A program made the translations under genes and the position numbers. A stretch of DNA of 41,955 bases from Octopus bimaculoides. Its lineage: Eukaryota. The DNA lies in NCBI RefSeq assembly GCF_001194135.2, contig NC_068996.1:18649662-18691616 (forward strand), written 5' to 3'. Under the pieces are notes generated by a model, which saw only the letters and a list, made by a program, of their open reading frames with translations, did no database searches and was not told the DNA's origin. The first letter of the stretch is position 1; each line of letters opens with the position of its first letter. This document shows, piece after piece, positions 35,125-41,955 of the stretch.

Positions 35125-35333
35125 TACAATAATCCCTCACTATATCACAGTTCACCTATCACACACTCAGTACATCGTGGATTTTTCTGGCTAATATATG
35201 TAAATTTATATCATGGACTCCTCAGTATATCCGGGTTTATATGGGTGATGGGTATTTATATTGTTTTAGATTTTAATTATTTCTGTAGGAGGTTTTGGAA
35301 CATAACACCTGCAATGGTAGAGGGATTACTGTA
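35125..35333. mobile_element. Tigger/pogo-like MITE, copy 2 (opposite orientation, CpG-decayed)
   Basis: TA-caataatccctcactatatcacag ... ctgcaatggtagagggattactg-TA; internal sequence aligns with the reverse complement of 19365-19579. Confidence 0.85.
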
Positions 35334-35655
35334 ATATAAAGGTTACATTTAGATGAAGGTTTAATTTATATTCTCTGTAATAATCAGGACAGTTAGATAG
35401 GAGAATAGATACAAAAAGCAGGTAATAGTGTTGAAGCAAGACTGGTTACAGTTCAGTAGTGGTGTTACAGTACAGCAATATCTCTGATACACAAATAACT
35501 CTGACTGTTGGCTGCCTAAGACATTCATGCACACACGTGCGCAATATATTGGCTGAATTGTTAGAGCATCAATCAAAATGTAGTTTAGTATTTAATCTGT
35601 CCAAGTCATGCAAGTATGGAAATGATGATGGTAATTGTCTGTGTCTGTACGTACA

Positions 35656-36034
35656 TGCAGGCATGGGTGTGTAGTAAGAAGCTTGCTTCCCAACATCATG
35701 GCTCTAGGTTCAGTCTCACTGTGTGGCACCTTAGGCAAGTGTCTTCTTCTATAACATTAGACCAAACAAAAGCCTTGTGAGTGGATTTCTTAGACGGAAA
35801 CAGAAAGAAGCTTGTCATGTGTTATGTCTGTGCGTTTGTGTCTGTGTTTGTTCCACCGCCACCTCTTGATAAATGGTGTTGATGTGTTTTACATCTCCAT
35901 AATGTAGCAGTTCAGCAAAAGAGACCCATAGAGTAAGTACCAAACTTGTGGTTGATTCATTTGACTGAAAATTCTTCAAGGTGGTGCTCCAGCATGGCTG
36001 CAGTTTAATGACTGAAACAAGTTAAAGGTAAAAG
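35656..36034 (+). mobile_element. SINE family A, near full length (CpG-depleted)
   Basis: gcaggcatgggtgtgtagtaagaagcttgcttcccaac..ggttcagtctcactgtgtggcacc..ggtggtgctccagcatggctgcagtttaatgactgaaacaag. Confidence 0.9.
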
Positions 36035-37127
36035 AAATATAGATGGTGTGTGTGTATACATACATGTCTGTGATTTATTCAATTCAGTTGTCAGTAAATT
36101 TCATTAGTTAAGTATTGAAGTTAAACCCTTGCAGGTTCATTTTGGTGCAACGATTAACTAGTCTCGAGTTATACCTTAACTCTTAATTGCCAATAAATAT
36201 GGTGTACTTAAACTGCATCTTATTAATTGGAATTTTGGATTAATTAGTTCTTGCACATATTCTCATTTGGAAAGGAGTATTCTTGGCCCCTCAGTTCCCC
36301 ATTTCACATTCCTATCTGTATTTCTCTGTTTGTCTGTCTGTCTCTCTCTCTCTCTCGAAATGAGGAGTAGATAGACAGCCAACAACTGAGGGAGCGTTGT
36401 TTTTTTATGTTACATGTCTTGTTTTCCATTTGTTTCTCTCATTTTTTGCATACCCAAGTTTGTTTTCGTATTTCATGTTGTTTACGTTTTGTGACATATA
36501 TATGTATGTATATATGCCTATGTATATTTTATTTATATTATTATATGATTGAATGGCACGCATCCATTTCCAAGTAAGTTTATCTTGATATATATATTAT
36601 ATATATACACATACATGCATGCATATATGTGTGTGTGTGTGTATACACACCTGTGTGTGTATGTATATATGTATGTGTGTATGTATATATGTATGTGTGT
36701 ATGTGTGTGCTTGTGTATCATGTACTCTTGTATCTCCCTTCTGTATAAACTTCATGTGGCTCCATTGCATCTTTTAATCCATTTTAATTTGTGTTAATTG
36801 CAATATTAGATGAGTAAGCATATTAGAAACTAAAACTGATTAGAAGATTTACCATTCTGCTAATTCAAAGGGAATTCTTTAATAAAATTTCAGTCAGTTA
36901 CACTCAGTTGCAATGTTTATTACTTTATGGTGCTAAAAGAGACTGACTGAATCCTAGATAGAGATAAAGAGAATAGCTGTTTAGTACTTGACCTGCTAAG
37001 AATAGCAGCCAAATATCTCTCAAATCGTATAATTATACTGGTGCTAATTCAGTATATAGTGTACAGGTACACTACTGAATTTCTAGCAACTGATTCAGCA
37101 TCCTTTAATCCAGACAAATTATAAGGA

Positions 37128-37299
37128 GAAAGCACCTACTACACTCTCGGAGTGGTTGGCGTTAGGAAGGGCATCCAGCTGTAGAAACTCTACCAAATCA
37201 GATTGGAGCCTGGTGTAGCCACCTGGTCCACCAGTCCTTAGTCAAATCGTCCAACCCATGCTAGCATGGAAAGCGGACGTTAAACGACGATGATGATGA
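37128..37299 (+). mobile_element. SINE-like family E copy 2
   Basis: ctacactctcggagtggttggcgttaggaagggcatccagctgtagaaac..catgctagcatggaaagcggacgttaaacgac(gat)n. Confidence 0.88.
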
Positions 37300-38624
37300 A
37301 CTTGAAATTCCTGTGGTCACCTGGTCTAGCCCAGTGTGCAAGCACACCTAGTATTGTGTGCACTTTGTGTTTACATGCATTATTTACTCTCGACTTGTTT
37401 GTTTTGATATCAAAATTTTGAGAGGTCCTTTGCTTATATGGCTTCTATAGGTAAGGACACTGAGAGCACTAGTGGTAGTGTCAAACATAAACATCCATCT
37501 CAGTAGAACTATTCATTGTACTTTTAGATGCATGGGAGGTGTGTAATTAATAGGTTAGAGGTGTGTTAATGAATTATTATTACAAGACCATAGATTGTCT
37601 GGCAAAATGGCCCATCCGCAATCATGTGCATCTGTGTGTATATTCTATTATTTTTTCACTGGTTTACACATTACATATTTGATTATTGAGATATAGGCAC
37701 AATCGTGAACACAATACACACACTCTCTCTTTCTCTCACATGCATGCACACGTGTGCATAAACACACACACACACACACACATGCACAGAGCTTCCATGT
37801 ACAGCTTCCACTCGGAAGAAATTAGTTCACTTGAAACCTCAGTAGAAGACACTTGCTCCTATTACAAGATGGTGAAGTTCAATCCTAAACAACATGATCC
37901 CCCCCTTTTTTTTTTAACTATCTAGTTATGCTTTCTCTTGGTTGTGCCTGTGTGTGTGTGTTAATGAACCCATAAAACAATGTAAGACATTTGCTTAGAA
38001 GTGCCACAGATGGCAGAGGTGGAGAACGTTGCCAGTTGTCTACCCACCACACTAGCTAACAAGTAATAATAATAATAGTAATAATAATGATAATAATAAT
38101 AATAATAACAACAACAATGATAATGATAATAACAACTCAGTGACCAAACATGTAATATGTAAACATTTGCCTTGCTCCTCTCTGCTCACACAAACACACA
38201 CACACTACACCACTCCCACCTTGCTGTAACATCTCTTTCGCTCCATTTTCTCATATTTTATATTTGCCAGGAACCATTCCGATAACCATTTTTGATTCAA
38301 GCTCTCTCCTGCCCTCTTGTCTATTTCATTGCTTTATATCTCAGGCTAATCTCATTTTTTTCCTTCCTTCATACATTCCAAAAAATAGTTGGAAGTAGTG
38401 GTCACATATATCTTGCCTTGTTTTTGTCTTTTATTTTTATTGCTGCTCATACCTTAAAACCCCCTCCCAGCCTGCATGGAATAAATATGCCAAAAATAAA
38501 GAATTTATAACCGAAGAAAATAAATTACTTGTGTCTGTGTTTCTATCCTTATTATTTATCAAAATTACTGAGGTTGCTAAAAGAAATAAATTGGTTTTCA
38601 TATAATTCATTGTGGTTACCAGTA

Positions 38625-38702
38625 TTGTTGTTGTTGTTTTTTTCTTCTTCTTCTTCTTCTTCTTCTTCTTCTTCTTCTTCTTCTTCTTCTTCTTCTTCTT
38701 CT
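38625..38702. repeat. (GTT)/(TTC)n microsatellite running into gap 38703-38790
   Basis: Direct inspection. Confidence 0.95.
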
Positions 38703-38799
38703 NNNNNNNNNNNNNNNNNNNNNNNNNNNNNNNNNNNNNNNNNNNNNNNNNNNNNNNNNNNNNNNNNNNNNNNNNNNNNNNNNNNNNNNNAATATTCAC

Positions 38800-38880
38800 T
38801 GTGTCTTTCGGGTATTCCTTGTACCTCTTTTGTGTTCTGAGTTCAAATCTTGCTTGCAAGGTTGACTTTGACTTTCTTTT
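38800..38880 (+). mobile_element. SINE family C fragment
   Basis: tgttctgagttcaaatcttgcttgcaaggttgactttgactttc. Confidence 0.65.
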
Positions 38881-38890
38881 CTCCTGGATC

Positions 38891-38925
<35 letters not shown>

Positions 38926-39189
38926 GAGTGCCACTCAACTACTGGAGTTAATCCATTCAGTTTGTCTCTTTGACCCACCACCACCACCACCACATTCCAG
39001 ACCTTGTACTTGTTTTGGAAACAGATGGTATCACCAAAAGGGCAAACTGGATGGGAAGTCACTCACACCTGATGAAGTAGACAGGCTGGCTAGGGTCTGC
39101 TCAGTTTCAAGTGGGGAGTAGCTATTTTGTAGGACATAATCAACTCTCACACTATTGCCAGCTGTTCTTGGTACCCAGTTCTGTGCTAG

Positions 39190-39222
<33 letters not shown>

Positions 39223-39890
39223 CGGAAAACAAAGGTAGATAGGGAACACTAGTAATTTTAAAATATCGTTAATATATTTAATGTCATAGGATGAGAGAAG
39301 AGAAGGAAGAGAGAAAGAGAATTAAAGGAGTAATGAAGGTATAAACAAAAAGAAAGTGAATGACAGATAGATAGAAAAGATGAAGGAAAGAATAGGTGGT
39401 ATGGGATGAAAGAATAAAGTTTAAGTTGCGGATATTCTTAGGTAATTGTGCAGATGTTATTTGAAATAGTTGAAAGAGAGTTTTTTCCAGTGTAAACACC
39501 TGTAAATGCATTCTTTATAGGTGTTGACCAGTGTGTGTTTGGGAAAAAGGATAAATAGTTGTTCGTTCATACAAAGAGAGCAGAAAGATTTCCCTTTATC
39601 ACAAGGAAAAGATCTTGACAAAATTTTCTGATCCAATGAAAATTATTTATTACAGTCTTTGAGATGCCAAATTAGTTTACTAAGACCTGTAGTATTATGT
39701 TTATGAATATATTTGAATGTTGAGAGATGGTTGGCAAGTCGTTTTTCATTTTTTTTTATTCTGTGGTTGAAATGCCAAGATTAAAAATATTCTTTAGATC
39801 CTGCAGAAATTTGACATTGATAAGCATTTTTAATTCTGCAATTTCCATTGAGAATGCAAATTTTATTCAGACCACAATTACAAAGAATAT

Positions 39891-39953
<63 letters not shown>

Positions 39954-39976
39954 GATACATATACTTTCTTTAATTT

Positions 39977-40305
39977 TTTTACTTGTTTCAATCATTTGAC
40001 TGTGGCCATGCTAGAGCACTGCCTTGAAGGGTTTTAGTTGAACAAATTTACGCCAGGGCTTATTCTGTTGGTCTCATTCCAAACCACTAAGTTACAGGGA
40101 TATGAACACAAAGACTCACACATACACATAATTATACACACACACACTGAGCTTCTTTCAGTTTCCATCTAACAAATCCACTCACGAGGCTTTGGTCAGC
40201 CCAAGGATACAGTAGAAGACACTTGCCCAAGGTGCCATGCAGTGTATCTGAACCTCAGATGATGTGGTTGGGAAGCTATGTTTTTGCCACACAGCCATGC
40301 CTGCA
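39977..40305 (-). mobile_element. SINE family A, near full length (CpG-depleted)
   Basis: ttacttgtttcaatcatttgactgtggccatgctagagcactgcc..cttctttcagtttccatctaacaaatccactcac..ccacacagccatgcctgca. Confidence 0.92.
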
Positions 40306-40999
40306 CACACAAACATGTGCACATGCGTGCACACACACACACATAATATATACATATATATGTGTGTGTATATGTGTGATTTAGATAGCGAGGTTATGGT
40401 CATTATTGGCCCAGTCTGTGTGTACTCTATATAAATATAATCTGTTGCTGTTTATCAACTATTTGATGGGCTTCAAAAAGTCAACAAAATGTGTAGTAAC
40501 TAGTCATATTAACTGTTATTAATGTGTGATAGTGTGGCAAGTGAAGAAGAAGGAAGAGGTGTGAAATAATCTAAACAGGTTCTCTTAGTGGGGATCCTTA
40601 TCATGTTTAGGGTGGCTGGTAGTCCTGTAAGGGTTGTCAAAAGTACCTCATACAGTTTGCTGTGTGTAAATATAGGGAGATGTTGAGAAAAAGCAGATGA
40701 ATGTGTTGAGATGAAGATTTATTAAGATTTTCTTCACTTTTTCGTTTTTTTTTTTGTTTTTTGTTTTTTTTTTCTTGCTTATTGAGAATGTTCTTGAATA
40801 AACTTGGTGCCGATAGCAGTGGAGAATGTTTTTTTCTTTTTTATTGATATGTTCAAAATCACTCTACATTGATAACATATATGCTTACAGTGTTCTGTTG
40901 TTGTTGTTTGTTTATTTGTTTTTGAAGGGGGGATGTGGTAAATAATACATGCATGTACACGCTTACATGTATATGTGTCAGTATGTATACTCATAGATG

Positions 41000-41044
41000 T
41001 TTACATGCACACACACACACACACATGTGTATACTTTTATCTGC

Positions 41045-41100
<56 letters not shown>

Positions 41101-41225
41101 TGTGTGTGTGTGTATATATATATATATAGAGAGAGAGTATGAGAGAGAAAAAGAGAGAGATACACAATGTATAGATATATTTGTGTATGATTATATATAT
41201 GTGTGTGTATATATATATCTCTATA
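41000..41225. repeat. Compound (CA)/(TA)/(TG)/(GA) microsatellite
   Basis: Explains the ORFs at 40935-41374. Confidence 0.93.
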
Positions 41226-41614
41226 ATATAAATTGGACATGGGTGATTGTTGTATTCTTTCTTGTCTTGAGGTTCACGGCCAAACGGCTGGGTGGATTCG
41301 CGTGAAAAATGGCACACATGTAAAGACGAGTGCATAGATTGGAATGCGGTTTGTATTTTTTTCCTAGCCCCCATAGTATACTAAGAAAATCGATAAAAAC
41401 TTTTTCTAATGGAATTCCCCTGTTTGTTCCACCATTAAAACAACTAGTTGCTCACACAGCCGGCCTATACCATTTTGCTAGCAACAAGGGGAGTACAGGA
41501 TGACAGGCAGCCAAAACTTTCCCTATGCTGTCTCTCTTCTTTCACCACTTTGTGGGGTTAATAATCTTAATCTTTTGTTACAGTTTCTCATTCAACCTAC
41601 ATAATAGCCAGAAT

Positions 41615-41690
41615 TGTCGGATTAAGACAGTAGGGTGTTTTGAGGGAGATTTGGCTGCTATTTCTACCAGGTCTAGCTACCATGTAGAGG
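41615..41690 (+). repeat. Short unclassified interspersed repeat
   Basis: ttttgagggagatttggctgctatttctaccaggtctagc; related copies at about 3970-4005 (+), 14995-15040 (+), 36985-37026 (-), weaker at 2118 and 5878. Confidence 0.65.
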
Positions 41691-41807
41691 TCTGAACTTA
41701 ATTTTCATTCACATATTTGCATTTCAAAAATTTAACATAATCTTTTCCGTAAATCAACTATCGTAAACACATACACACGTTCAAGCATGCACACATGCAC
41801 ACACGCA

Positions 41808-41841
<34 letters not shown>

Positions 41842-41955
41842 TGTCCATTTCATATATCTTCTTTCAATTTCTGCTCTCTGCAAATAACATTTTTACAGAT
41901 ACAACTGTTTACAAAAATAGGGATTAATGTATAATTTCTTTCTATGTTCATAATT

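Noticed and set aside
1-41955. CRISPR array, prokaryotic operon or viral insert
   Set aside because: No regularly spaced repeat-spacer units and no long intact ORFs; all repeats are microsatellites or eukaryotic TE copies.

Overview
AT-rich, microsatellite-laden eukaryotic DNA with nine N-gaps (4460-4881, 7276-7619, 10444-10870, 12716-13078, 15539-16064, 22024-22212, 23283-23350, 24813-24937, 38703-38790). The repeat content most resembles an octopus (cephalopod) genome; this is recognition, not a database result. I could not identify an intact protein-coding gene, RNA gene or CRISPR array, and most long ORFs in the track are microsatellite or gap artefacts. The window is a transposon landscape. 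It holds at least five tRNA-type SINE families (labelled A-E here; about 12 copies of A), the 3' end of an R4/Dong-type restriction-like-endonuclease LINE (574-1070), decayed L1/Tx1 pieces (28.2-31.2 kb, minus strand) and two copies of a Tigger/pogo-like MITE. The strongest non-obvious signal is a switch in CpG decay between about 23.5 and 26.5 kb. Copies of the same SINE and MITE keep their CpGs left of it and have lost them to TpG/CpA right of it, which suggests the edge of a germline-methylated domain, probably a gene body. A 51-bp near-perfect hairpin (24241-24365) lies inside that transition. I found no convincing evidence of a new multi-gene system; all candidate exons are low confidence.
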